From Octopus sinensis (taxonomy: Eukaryota): 64,000 bases of DNA. Position numbers and translations under genes: made by a program. The notes under the pieces are model-generated. The model saw nothing but the letters and a program-made list of their open reading frames with translations. It was not told the DNA's origin and searched no databases. Positions within the stretch are counted from its first letter, which is position 1. Each line of letters opens with the position of its first letter. This document shows positions 14,183-27,222 of the stretch, in pieces. The stretch spans positions 16,058,001-16,122,000 of the forward strand of contig NC_043003.1 of NCBI RefSeq assembly GCF_006345805.1. The letters run 5' to 3'.

Positions 14183-14341
14183 GACGGGGTTCTTTCAATT
14201 TCCGTCAACCAAATCAACTCACAAGGCTTTGGTCGGTCGAGGCCATAGCTGAAGACACTTGCCCAGGGTGTCACGCAGTGGGATTGAACGCGGAACCATG
14301 TAGTTGGTAAGCAAACTTCTTACTACACAGCCACGCCTGCA
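13939..14341 (-). mobile_element. SINE family A copy
   Basis: Homologous to 20808-21198. Confidence 0.88.
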
Positions 14342-15872
14342 TTTCGTGATATTTGTTTCTTTGTTTGTTTGTTTTAGTTTTTTATCCATAATGGTGGAAA
14401 GGTTTTAGTATTGTGACATGGTCAAAAAATCCTATGGTCTTAGCTTTAAGTCCTACAAATCCCAACCAGTCTTAAATTTCTTTTTTTATATACTTCGTTA
14501 TCCAGTCTTCTCAAGTTTTCGCTTCGTAAGACCCTTTAATTGATATCGTCTTAAAATGAGATTCTGTCACGCAATTCACAGGTTAGTTTACCGCTGTTTC
14601 GAACTAAACCAAATTCATTAACACCCTAAATGTCATAAAATTGGATTAATCGACAATTACAATTTAGTTTAACCTTCACATCTTTCCTGACTGAGCAAAC
14701 TAAGAATGAACCCACTCCTGTCGTGAACTACCAATCTTTTTCCCAGATACTGCGTCTTGGATAACATTATCTAATATGGCTACTATACCGCTTCAGTTGA
14801 TCTTTTTTTTTTTTTTTTTTTTTTACATTTCTAACATTCAACAATAATTCACCTTATAAATACAGCATTTTTATTGAAATTATAACTGTTATATTATTTT
14901 GAAATTCAATAAACTTGTTCTTGAAATTTATTAATGTTGACAAAATCCTCTTACAAATCGTTAATGTCAATATTAAACGGAATTCACACCCAATTGTATT
15001 TCTCAGCGTCTTTTATTGGACTGTATTGAATGATTTCTGTTATTAATTCTGCTAGATCGTTGCAGATATTATTCTATCCGCCATTAAACTTAATAACGTG
15101 TTCTTTCTGTAGACCGAAGGCAGCTAAAAAAAAAAGCCTAGTTTTACTCTGCTTTCCTTCCCTTTTTATAATTTGGACTTATTTTTTAAGCGCATTTATT
15201 TTCTGCGTTAAATCAATAATTGTTTGATCTCGTCCTTGTTGAGAGATATTCAAGTCATACAAATAAAAAGAAAAATAAGGGAAAGTTAAGCTAATTGAAA
15301 AATCTACTTGGAATCTGAAAATCAAGAAAATGAGTCTTTTTTTTTTTTTTCAGATAAAATGTTTCCACTTCACTACAGGGTGACATAACAGACGGCAGAA
15401 CTTCTCCACAAGATAAGCATCTGATGATCGTGTAATGTATTAAAGGTTCATATTGGGTTTTGATTGAAGAACGAAATACTCTGAATACCGTGTCAGTAAG
15501 CGGTTTTGACTTTTACAATTTTAACAATATTCATTATTAAATCCTATTCTATTCATATACATTTTGAACTAAAATTTCTTTTGCCACACTTGTGTGTAAA
15601 ACAATTCATACACAGTAAAAATTAATATGGAGTTTAATTTCTCATCGTTTTCCATAAAAAAAAACCCTAATGAGCTCACAATATTGCGCATGCACAGTCG
15701 ATACGTACGCTGAAATGCTTATTGCGATTTAATTAGATCTGATAAATTTCTTGCTTGTATCACAGGAACAATTTAAAATGTTCGCACTCTCCACTTCTCT
15801 AATGAAAGTCATTTTAATAATTTTATAAGATGTTCTCTTATACAGACAGACAGATATATACATAAATAGTTT

Positions 15873-15940
<68 letters not shown>

Positions 15941-15961
15941 CATACATACATACATACATAC

Positions 15962-16025
<64 letters not shown>

Positions 16026-16036
16026 ATAAATAGTTT

Positions 16037-16076
<40 letters not shown>

Positions 16077-16088
16077 CATAAATAGTTT

Positions 16089-16145
<57 letters not shown>

Positions 16146-16986
16146 CGACCACGGTCGAACACTCCTGACAAAGTCTCTCCATAATTATGTGGTTGTTTAG
16201 CAACGCTTTGTCTTTCAATTGCTAGTTTGATCATCGTCTGTCTTTACGTTCTGAGTTCAAATTCCGCCGAGATCGACTTTGCCTTTCATCCTTTCGGGGT
16301 CGATAAATTAAGTACCAGTTGCGTACTGGGGACGATCTAATCGACTGGCCCCCATCCCCAAAATTTCGGGCCTTGTGCCAAGAGTAGAAAAGAATTGCTA
16401 GTTTGAACGGGGCAGGGCGCAACTTCTGTAAACATGCAATTATCTACCAACTAGAACTTGTGTACCTGTCCATTGTCAAAATAGAGGATCGTCTGCACAG
16501 CCACAATGTCCTTCTACAAATATGACAGTTTGTTGTTGTCTTCCAGTTTGAATTATTGTATACCAACAGGAAATACACAGGTTTATGAAGGTTGGCTCCT
16601 ATTTGCCATATCCTTGACGGAGATGGCTAAACGGATTACTATGCTTTGCCAATGGCCAACCTGTAGCTATTCCGAGCGATATGTATATATAAAATTAATG
16701 TAAAGAGCAGGATGCAATGTTTTAACAAAAAGGAGAATTATAGTTGGCCCTAAGTGTGACTAAGGTGTTAAAAAACCCCTTGTCACATTATATATATATA
16801 TATATATATAATATATTATATATATAGATATATATATATAGATAGATAGATAGAGAGATAGATATAGATAGATAGATAGATAGATAGATAGATGAGTGTT
16901 TTTTTCCCGTATATATTCCTTTGGAATAATATAAGTGAAATCTGAAGTAAAAGTATTTGAACTATACCTGCGTTAAACTCCATTTA

Positions 16987-17026
<40 letters not shown>

Positions 17027-17170
17027 AGGGTAATAACATAAGTTAATATATATATATAATATATATATGATATAAACATAATTAAAAAGGGTAATAACAT
17101 AAGTTATTATTACCAGTGGCCTAGCACAAAAGACGAATTAGTCATTAGACAATATTTTTTTCGTATAGAA

Positions 17171-17415
17171 ATATAATAAAGGCTCCCAAATAAGGAAGCA
17201 AGTGCTAGAAACACAAAGAGGGATAAATTCATCAAAGGAATGAAAATCAAAAACATTTGCCATTATAGATGTATCCCACTATAGATGTATCTAATGTATC
17301 CCATATAGATGGATACCTCTATAATGGTAAATGTTTTTGATTTTATTCCTTTGATGAATTTATCCCTCTTTGTGTTTCTAGCACTTGCTTCCTTATTTGG
17401 GAGCCTTTATTATAT
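17171..17415. repeat. Near-perfect inverted repeat (~105-bp arms) flanked by (TA)n
   Basis: ataataaaggctcccaaataagg...gtatcc vs ggatac...ccttatttgggagcctttattat; the centre contains repeated tatagatgtatc pieces. Confidence 0.92.
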
Positions 17416-17507
<92 letters not shown>

Positions 17508-17659
17508 ATATATATATATTATATTATATATATATATATATAGGAGAGACCAAAGTGTACGTACGCCGTTATAAGTATATAAAAAAAGAAAATATAAAAA
17601 ATGGGATAGGAACGCAACAAGCAACAACAAAACATTTAGACAGTTAGATGATACAGAAA

Positions 17660-18038
17660 GGGACAAGAAAAAACAAGGACAGGTCATTCAGAGTTTTCTT
17701 TCCTCAGTCGATTTCCAAATCATCTTTGCAGTTTCGGCTGGTTATACTAGAGACTGCCCCCGTCTGGCCAGCCCCAAGGAAAATCTAAGCTAATAGCACT
17801 AGATTCCTTGGAACATTGTTCTTGTATTCGTGTACCATTTCTCCGTTTTTTCCGTCCTTGTCTTCGTATACATTCGCTGCTTTCTTCCAAGCAATCTAAT
17901 GCTCTTAGCTTAGATTTTTCTTGGGGCTGGCCAGATTGGAGCAATCTTGAGTATAACCAGCCGAAATTGCAAAGATGATCTGGAACTCGACTGAAGAAAG
18001 AAAACTCCGTTTGACCCATCCTTGTTTGTTCTTGTCCC
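17660..18038. repeat. Diverged inverted repeat (~155-bp arms, ~70-bp spacer) in a TA-embedded element (~17540-18055)
   Basis: 17660-17813 vs the reverse complement of 17885-18038 (e.g. ctggccagccccaag/cttggggctggccag, tttcggctggttatact/agtataaccagccgaaa). Confidence 0.85.
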
Positions 18039-18049
18039 ATTTTTTGTTT

Positions 18050-18097
<48 letters not shown>

Positions 18098-19238
18098 GGT
18101 ATACGAGTATTGTATGTATAGCTCATGGAGTGACGACCGACCGTGTGCCCGGAATAGTTATGGGTTGTCCTTTGGAAAGGCTTAGTACACGATCAGCCAC
18201 CCCGTCAGGAAATATGATGAAAAGAAGTCAGCCTTCACAAGCCTGTATATTTCCAGTGGGTATACAGGAGGTGAATCTGGCAGACCACGGCAAACATATA
18301 TTTCTTCTCCCGTCATCCTTACTGTGTTACAATTGGCACCAAACCCTTTGTTCAACTGAGCCAAAATGTGATATTGCACAGCATCAAAACTCTCTCTCTC
18401 TCTCTCTGATTCAAACTACACCCTATCGTCTTGAAAGAAAGAGCCAGACACATTGCTAATGCAGACCATGCTACACTATACAGATATAAAAATATGACTA
18501 CATGGTCATAGATTGAAAGCTTTTTACCACAGTTCGGCTCGGTCAGAACTTATATGTGGCTTAACAACAACGAACAACATCAGCGACTCTGATAACGGCT
18601 TTGGTCAATGAACATCTTACCAGCTTTGCCGACCAAGCTTCCAAGACTCCTTCCCGTCGCTCATGTTTTTATAGTAGAGGTGGAAGTACAGAGGTTTTGC
18701 AAAATATCTCCCTCAACAATTTTTACCATTCTGGATTGGCTGGGGCCGACAAAGATCATAGTCACTACGCCTCCAGAATGACATACAAAACACGATTGTA
18801 ATTGTTATTTGAAATAAAAAAAAAGATTTAATGATGATAATTAAATTCACTAAAAGCATTTAACGTCTGTACTTCTATACTAACTATAAAAACACTTTTA
18901 ATAACGAGTCAACGAGGAAGCCTCTCAGTTAAGAATGTTCGATTTTTCTTTTCATGACTTTGTCGCTTACTAGAGATCAAACAAAAATTTCTAACCTCCC
19001 CCGCATAGGAAATTTAAACAAAGCTACATTTGAAATTTGAAAGTTTTGAAAAACGAAAGAAAGAAATTGTTTATTTTCTTAGTAATTGTCGAACTTTCTA
19101 GACTTTGTGGCTCAGTGGAGATCAAAGAAAAGAATTATGGTGTCCTTCGTACAGAGAGTTAAACAGAACTGATTTACAGTTAGATATTTAGAAATCATAA
19201 CATACATAGATACACAAACACACAATCATATACACAAT

Positions 19239-19295
<57 letters not shown>

Positions 19296-19531
19296 CTACA
19301 TACATACATACATACGTACATATACGTATAATAAATATAATATATATATATATATATATTAGATATATATATATATATAAATTGTACACATACACATTGA
19401 TGTTTGTTTTTATGGTTGTTATATTAAAACGGTTTTACATCAAAGATTCCGATGAATAACTGACCGATATTTCGAAGCCATCGTCACCACGTTTCTGTAA
19501 ATGTATAATTTATATAAACACACACACACAC

Positions 19532-19571
<40 letters not shown>

Positions 19572-19854
19572 ACACACACACACACGCACATACAGAATGA
19601 GAGAGAGGGAAGGCTATTGTTGTGTATAACAGGTTTTACAAGCCAAATATTTTAATATGTTAACAAATGTTTATGTGATGTGTGTGTGTGTTGTACGTGT
19701 GTGTGTGTGCGCGCGTGCGCAGCGCGATTGTGTCAGATTGGGAGAAATAAGATCTATTACGAACTTTTAACGTTCCGGATTCTTCGCGATTTCAAGCTAT
19801 ATACATATATATGTAGATAACACACGCACACACACACACACACACACACATACA

Positions 19855-19886
<32 letters not shown>

Positions 19887-20009
19887 TACACACACACACA
19901 CACGTACGCACACACTCATATATAAAATAAAAAGAACGTAAATAGTATGCATGAAAATATGTTTCTGTTTTTGTATTTACATATCTTTTCAGTATGCTAC
20001 CAAAGTACT

Positions 20010-20330
20010 GAGACCCCCTTCGGTCATGACTGACCATAGGATTGCACCTAGAAAGCTACCCTCCAAGGCACAAGTCCGGGCAAGTTTGTTTATGGAACAC
20101 CAGCCGTCGCCCATGCATAACAGCCTCCCCTATCCATGCCACCAGTGTTACCCAAGGGAAAAACAAATGGGCCGATACAGCTTGGCACCTGTGACGTCGC
20201 AACTCATTTCTACAGCTGAGTGAACTGGAGCAACGTGAAATAAAGTGTCTTGCTCAAGAACACAACGCGCGGCCCGGTCCGTGATTCGAACTCACAACCT
20301 CACGATCGTAAGCTCGTCATGCGCCTTCAC
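20010..20330 (-). mobile_element. tRNA-derived SINE family D
   Basis: Head gtgaaggcgcat..gagttcgaatc (A-box region deleted), gttgtgttcttgagcaagacac domain, tail gaccgaagggggtctc. Confidence 0.75.
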
Positions 20331-20420
20331 ATGCTTACAGCACCTAGGTTTCCCAAGCGGTCACCCATCTAAGTACTAACTAGGCTCGACGTTGCTTAAC
20401 TTCCGTGATCAGACGAGAAC
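20331..20420 (-). pseudogene. 5'-truncated 5S rRNA copy (3' ~90 nt)
   Basis: Minus strand gttctcgtctgatcacggaagttaagcaacgtcgagcctagttagtacttagatgggtgaccgcttgggaaacctaggtgctgtaagcat matches the conserved 5S A-box/C-box region and 3' end; the first ~30 nt are missing. Confidence 0.93.
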
Positions 20421-20649
20421 CTATTTCTTTATTACCCACAAGGGGCTAAACACAGAGAGGACAAACAAGGACAGACATAGGTATTAAGTCGATTACATCG
20501 ACCCCAGTGCGTAACTGGTACTTAATTTATCGACCCCGAAAGGATGAAAGGCAAAGTCGACCTCGGCGGAATTTGAACTCACAACGTAACGCAGATGAAA
20601 TACCGCTAAGCATTTCGCCCGGCGTGCTAACGTTTCTGCCAGCTCGCCG
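20421..20649 (-). mobile_element. SINE family B fused to the 5S fragment
   Basis: Its tail ctatttctttattacccac directly abuts the 5S sequence. Confidence 0.9.
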
Positions 20650-20807
20650 GTGCTTTCAACATGATATGACCGTAAGCTACCTGAGTATAAATATGTTATA
20701 AATTGATTACTCTTTTTATTTGCTGTTTAAGCCTTTATTCCATTATTCCCATGTATATTAGATATATAATAATTATACGAAATAATTTTCAAAAATCCGC
20801 TATATAT

Positions 20808-21198
20808 AGGCGCAGGAATGGCTGTGTGGTAAGTATCTTGTTTACCAACCACATGGTTCCGGGTTCAGTCACACTGTGTGGCACGTTGGCCAAATATTTT
20901 CTACCATAGCCTCGGGCCGACCATAGCCTTGTGAGTGGATTTGGTAGACGGTAACTGAAAGAAGCCCGTCGTATATATGTATATATATATATATGTGTGT
21001 GTATACGTTTGTGTGTCTGTGTTTGTCCCCCCTAGCATTGCTTGACAACCGATGGTGGTGTGTTTATGCGGTTCGGCAAAAGAGAACTATAGAATAAGTA
21101 CTGGGCTTACAAAAGAATAAGTCCCGGGGTCGAGTTGCTCGATTAAAGGCGGTGCTCCAGCATGGCCGCAGTCAAATGACTGAAACAAGTAAAAGAGT
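20808..21198 (+). mobile_element. tRNA-derived SINE family A (octopus-type), full length
   Basis: Head ggcgcagg..tggctgtgtgg (A box) ..ggttcagtc (B box), internal (TA)/(TG)n, tail gactgaaacaagtaaaagag. Other copies: 1030-1790(-), 1800-1945(-), 57880-58110(-), 58160-58535(+), 62265-62560(+). Confidence 0.9.
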
Positions 21199-21460
21199 AT
21201 ATTAAGATCTGTGTAACGGCGCACCGTTTCAAGGCCACTACAGATCCAACGCCAACTAACCAGGCGCTGATTATCTGGAACCTCTTTTAAACAGCATAAA
21301 TTTACGAGTAGGTACTTCAAACTGCCGCAGCCGCTAGACGAGTTTACTTGTATATTGTACACACCAGAACCTTGCACAGTACAATATTAATAAACTAATA
21401 TCATTTATGTTAAAGTAACATTTATACTAAAGTTCATGTTATCTATGTTTTATTTAAATT

Positions 21461-21740
21461 ATTTAGGCGCAGGAGTGGCTGTGTGGTAAGTAGCTTGCTT
21501 ACCAACCACATGGTTCCGGGTTCAGTCGCACTGCGTGGCACCTTGGGCAAGTATCTTCTACTATAGCCTTGTGAGTGGATTTGGTAGACGGAAGCTGAAA
21601 GAATCCCGTCGTATATATGTATTGGCCTGAACCTATAGTAGAAGACACTTGCCCAAGGTGCCACGCAGTGGGAATGAACCCGGAACCATGTGGCTGGTAA
21701 GCAAGCTACTTACCACGCAGCCACTCCTGCGCCTAAAATT
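21461..21740. mobile_element. Inverted pair of SINE family A 5' halves
   Basis: 21461-21566 and 21634-21740 are reverse complements (aggcgcaggagtggct...ctactatag). Confidence 0.9.
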
Positions 21741-21889
21741 ATGAACAACTTCAATTGATTTTCGAACCTTATTGGGTTCTCATCAGAGTTGTCTACATCA
21801 TTCTGACAGTCTCCTTGCATACATACATAATATAGACATGGATATAAGCTATGTATGTGTGCATCTTACATTAGTTTTCAATGGATGGT

Positions 21890-22831
21890 GTTTGTAATGG
21901 CTTTTAGAGAGTGTCCATATGAAAAATTTTCAACATGAGATACCTCAGTACAGAATCAAATGTTATGTCCTCGCTGCTATGAGAATCTCTCTATGCAGAT
22001 GACTGAGACCTCTTTTATGAACTCCTTCTCTAATGCTTATTCTGCGCTAGGCCTGACGATAAGGTTTAAAAAGACTGTTATCTTGCTTCAGCTGCTCCAG
22101 GAGTGTCACACTTGAAACCAAACAACCGAGTGTATAATATGCATTCTTATTTCTTTATTGCCCACAAGCGGCTAAACATAGAGCGGACAAACAAGGACAA
22201 ACAAACGGATTAAGTCGATTATATCGATCCCAGTGCGTAACTGGTACTTAATTTATCGACCCCGAAAGGATGAAAGGCAAAGTCGACCTCGGCGGAATTT
22301 GAACTCAGAACCTAACGGCAGACGAAATACGACTAAGCATTTCGCCCGACATGCTAACGTTTCCGCCAGCTCGCCGCCTTCATGCATTCTTGATTATGAA
22401 GTCTCGCTAAGAATCAGCAAAGCCAGTGCTCAAAAAAGAGCCTTTTGTTTCGACATGGTACCTGTACCGATAATAAGGTGAAGATTTATATATCATGTGT
22501 GCTATCCTTCCTGTTGTATGTTTGTAAGTCGTGGGTAACCTGCCGAAAGCAACTGAAACAGCTGGGGCGCCTCCACCAGCTGTGTCTTCGTTGTACCTTG
22601 GGGGCTGCATGGGAAAATGTACGTGAGAGATGTTGAGGTCCTTGAAAGAAATCACTGTCGATCTATCGATTCAATCATTTTGCAGCGCCGATTCCGATGG
22701 GCGAGTCGCTTAGTGAGAATGGAGGACAGAAGAACTCCGAAGCACTTGCTATATGGTGGACTGAGGAATAGGAAACGTCTACGTCACAAACCTAAGCTAA
22801 GGTTCGAAAACTGCGTAAAAACATCGTCGCA

Positions 22832-22832
<1 letters not shown>
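21890..22832 (+). mobile_element. RTE-clade LINE reverse transcriptase fragment, interrupted by a SINE at 22149-22381
   Basis: FNMRYL..SLYADD..SNAYSALGLTIRFKKT before the SINE; DYEVSLRISKAS..KVKIY..LLY..ESW-like..RFRWASRLVRMEDRRTPKHLLYG after it. Confidence 0.85.
22149..22381 (-). mobile_element. SINE family B with 10-bp TSD
   Basis: TSD atgcattctt at 22139-22148 and 22382-22391. Confidence 0.92.
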
Positions 22833-22914
<82 letters not shown>

Positions 22915-23219
22915 GAATGTATATATACTGGTATATAGAGAAATTGATTGACTGATTTATTCATATATAAATATTTAGACAAATGGATAGATAAATAGAG
23001 ATAGGTCAATGGATAGATCAATATGGATAATCAGTTAACCGACACATGAAGAGAGAAAGAGGAAGAGAGAGAGAGAGAGAGAAACACAAACAAGACATAT
23101 CTACACAAAAACACAATCGCACCCATACACACATACATATCCATACACATAAATATATGAGTATTTATGTGCATATACATATATATATATATTCATGTAT
23201 ATATATATGTATATGTATG

Positions 23220-23256
<37 letters not shown>

Positions 23257-23261
<5 letters not shown>

Positions 23262-23392
23262 TCAACAAAAGGGGGTCGAATTAATTAATTGTTAATAATT
23301 CGACCAAGCAGTATTCGGTATGTAAAGACCATTTACGGTATATTTAAAGTATTAGTGTGGTAAAGTGAATTCTTTTACTTTACCATATTTTT
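23257..23392. repeat. Truncated distant relative of the 553-bp array unit end, TA-embedded
   Basis: tcaacaaaagggggtcgaattaattaatt...accaagcagtattcggtatgtaaagaccattta aligns with the array's tcaacaattgagggtaaaattaattaatt...accaagtattcagtatgcaaagggaccattta. Confidence 0.7.
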
Positions 23393-23540
23393 ATATATAT
23401 ATATATATATAATATATATATATATTTATATATATACATATATATGTATATATATATTTATATATATACATATATTGTATAATATATATGTCTATATACG
23501 TATATGTGTGTGTGTATAAATTATATATAGATAGATAGAT

Positions 23541-23578
<38 letters not shown>

Positions 23579-24586
23579 CATAGATAGATAGATAGAATAC
23601 ATACATACATACATACATATATACGCACAAACACATTCATACACATACATACATACATACATACATAATCATACATGCATGCATACATACATACATACTT
23701 ACACACATATATACATACATACTACACACACACATACACACATACATACATACATACATAATACATACATCCATACATACATACACATCACACAGACATA
23801 CATACATATACATGCACATACATACATACATACATAAACACCACACGCACAACACTACCATACATACATACATACACATACATACATACTACGTACGTAC
23901 GTACGTACATACATCCATACATACACATACATACATACATACATACACATACATACATACATACATACATACGTACATACATACATACATACATACATAC
24001 ATACATACATACATACATACATACATGCATACATACTTACACACACACCTCTAAATCTTCATGGACACGGTGGCTGAAAGAACCATTCAACTTATATTTA
24101 AATTAACGTAGATCATGATAAACTTGTGTTGGAGATTCCAGCTTTCGTGTTTCATGAATCTTCTGAAGAAACTTCCAGAAAATTTATGACTTCGTCTCAC
24201 ATCGAATTATCAAAATCAACGATGATATAAAAGGTTGGCGCGGTCATTCTCGCTCTCTCTCGCTCTCTCTCTCCTCTCTCTCCTCTCTCTCTCTCTCTCC
24301 TCTCTCTCCTCTCTCTCTTGTTCTTTTATGATAGAATTCGTTCTTTCTTTCTATACATCTGTCTACATCTCACTTTCTCTCTCTCCCTCTCTCCCTCTTT
24401 CTATTTTTGTTGTGCGTATGCATAACGGCGTGAATGCATTATTTCCTGCCGATTTACAAACATAAAATAATAGTCACTCGGATATACGTAGACCTGTGCC
24501 ACCAATGGACACAAACGAAAATACACGCATTAAACATTTATTTATTTGTGAGGATACTTGTGTATGTATGTACATATTATATATAT

Positions 24587-24619
<33 letters not shown>

Positions 24620-24679
24620 TGTGCGTGTGTGTGTGTTGTGTTGTGTGTGTGTGTGTGTATGTCTTATAAAAATATGTAT

Positions 24680-24725
<46 letters not shown>

Positions 24726-24826
24726 TACATATATATAGGGAGAATTTACGAAAAAAACAAAAGACGAAGACAGGTGGTGTACAAAACAAATAGATGTATT
24801 AGTATAACGCTCAGAAATAGAAAAAG

Positions 24827-24864
24827 TCTTTTATGTTTCGAGCCTACGCTCTTCTACAGAAAGA
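24827..24864 (-). ncRNA. Variant/degenerate minimal hammerhead motif in a TA-embedded repeat
   Basis: TCTTT-CTGTAGA-A-GAGC-GTAG-GCTC-GAAA-CAT-A-AAAGA. Stems I and II are perfect. The core has A6U and an extra A after A9. Stem III ACAT could be CpG-decayed ACGT. Confidence 0.5.
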
Positions 24865-25085
24865 GATACAGAAAAAACAAGGAGAGAAAAAACTGTGTGT
24901 AGTGGCTAACGATCTATCATGGCGACTAGTGCCGGACAAACATGAGGAGGAAAGTAGGGGAGATAATAAGGTAAAGATGACCCCCAACACAAAGGTGCCC
25001 TCAACACAAAGGTGCGTGTGTGTATAAGAGAGTATGTTCTGCGTGTGAAAGAGGGCTGAGCAATGTGTACATGGCAAGTCGTAGC

Positions 25086-25672
25086 TCATGTGGATCCCAG
25101 GTCACGCACCGACTCTGGGAATACATTGCCTGCTGGTCCCGTGTATTTCACCTGTAGTTTGTTTGTGGGCTGATTGTGGAATGCTTGACATTTTGCGCCA
25201 TTGAACTGTATATTATTGTAATTTTCCCATTTATATATCGCGTTCAGGTCATTCTGCAGTCTTGGGATGTCAGTAGGATCCTTGACCGCCTGCGATACTT
25301 TTGTATCATCGGCATAGCTGGTGAGTGTGGCTGACTCTATGGCTGAGGGCATGTCCGATAGAGCAACCACAAACAGTAGTGGTCACAGCACTTCCCTGGG
25401 TGACTCCGCTGAGGATTGGTTACAAAGGAGAGCACCTCTGCTTCCTCCTTTGTGGACAGGGCAGATTATTCCTTCTTTTAACATTTGAGGAAATTACCGC
25501 ATTCAAGGGAACTCTGGAAAAGCATTTGCAGTGGTTTTGCAAGAGTTTCTTACATTTTTTAAACAGAATTGCTGGGAGTCCATCTGGGCCCGTTGCAGAG
25601 TTTGGGCTTATCTCGTAAATGGCCGACAATACATCCTCTTCTGTAATGCCAATGTAACTGATGGTCACCTTT
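25086..25672 (-). mobile_element. CR1-like LINE reverse transcriptase fragment (internally deleted)
   Basis: SPNSATGPDGLP, SGVTQGS, SYADDTK, LQNDLNAIYKW..NIQFNGAKC and VRDLG motifs. Confidence 0.85.
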
Positions 25673-25992
25673 TTCTATTCTAGGTTTATATATATAAAAG
25701 ATTATAGATAGGTAAATACATACATTTACATCTGTGTCTATGTATATATATATACATATATATATATACATATATATATATAATTAATTAATAAGGGTGA
25801 GAGAATTAGATACTAATTTAATAGTATATCTATTCAACACCAAGTGGCCCAGTGCTCGGAGAAACCTGGATTATTATAATATTTTGTAATATATTATAAT
25901 ATTTTATACAAAAATAAATATAAGAGAGTGGTCACTATATGGCTCACTCTAGCACTAGTTAATCCAAAAGGTTTCAACCACAAAAATACATG

Positions 25993-26035
<43 letters not shown>

Positions 26036-26150
26036 TATAGGTAGGTAATACATACATTTACATCTGTGTCTATGTATATTTATATATATATGTATATATA
26101 TATATATAAGATTATAGGTAGGTAAATACATGCATTTACATCTGTGTCTA

Positions 26151-26206
<56 letters not shown>

Positions 26207-26218
26207 TATATATATATA

Positions 26219-27094
26219 CAGGGTGACTGAAAATAAGTAGGCATTTCACAATTAGTAACAGAATCCATAATCCTTTTACAAATTTCTTCTTTTTTTTTTA
26301 CTACATGAGAAAATGAAAGTAAATCTTCATATTTCCCCGCAAGCACCAGCGGCGTCAATCAGTTTCCACAAACTACCAGAGATAGATTGAAGGACATCGT
26401 CTTGGATATCAATGAGGACCTTCTAAATTTGAGTCTCCAAGTCCTCGCGCGTGTGATGTTTTGTCTTGTATACCTCCTCTTTTGCGTAACCACACAGGTA
26501 AAAATCTCATGGACTGAGATCTGAACTTTTTGGCGTTCTAGACCTCTGGGCTTCTGTGATGAAGGTCTTCAGCTTTTAGCTCCTGCACATAATGGTGTTT
26601 CTACGAACGAAAATTCAGTTCGTTATGCAACACCATGCATATTTTGTGTCTTGTTTGCCCACTTTCATGAGCTGTCTGACGTGTTGAGTTTTGCAGGCTG
26701 CGATTACACTTTTCCTGCACTGTTGTCAGGTTCTCCACTGATGGGAATATGTGGTTGAACGGTGCCATTTCTTGCATCGTTGCCGAAGCCCGTGGTAATC
26801 AGCTTTGCATGACAACTTTTTATTGTCTCCGGACGTAGTGTTGCATGCTTACATGTCCATGCACGCCACCATCTCTGAACCAAAACAATGGAATTCCACA
26901 CTTCATAGCGTGACGCTATCTTAGCTCCCTCCTTAACAGTCAAGCGACCGGCCATCTGGAAAATAAGAAATAAGACAATAAGACAATAAGAAATCCTCAT
27001 TAGTGTCGTCTGTTTAAAATTTAATTTCGTGATGACTTCAGTGATACTAAAATTTCTGTAATTTCTAATCCCTAGTTACTTTCCACCCACCCTA
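26219..27094 (-). mobile_element. Internally deleted Tc1/mariner-superfamily element (maT/DD37D-like)
   Basis: TA-cagggtgactgaaaataagtagg ... cctagttactttccacccacccta-TA imperfect TIRs; MAGRLTVKEGAKI..VQRWWR N-terminus and SP*DFYLCGYAKEEVYK..TREDLE C-terminus. Confidence 0.75.
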
Positions 27095-27222
27095 TACACA
27101 CACACACATACATATATATAATATATATATTATTATATATATATTAATATATAATCTATATATATATAATATATATATATATATATAGGTAAGAAAGTTG
27201 GTATGTGAAAGCACGTGGTTGA

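Noticed and set aside
15354-15500. Possible exon (poly-T cag ... gtaagc) or C/D snoRNA (TGATGA...CTGA)
   Set aside because: Stops in all three frames, weak terminal stem and no rRNA-antisense guide recognised.
16400-16772. Possible piggyBac-like end (gtgactaaggtg-TTAA)
   Set aside because: No matching second TIR or convincing transposase motif.
17975-18020. CTGAAGA/CTGAGGA motif in both arms of the 17.7-kb inverted repeat as an HHR
   Set aside because: I could not build consistent stems I and III or a GAAA/NUH in either arm.
19455-19495. GTGACGA..GAAA..GTC minus-strand motif
   Set aside because: C3 is lost, there is no stem II, and stem I does not pair.
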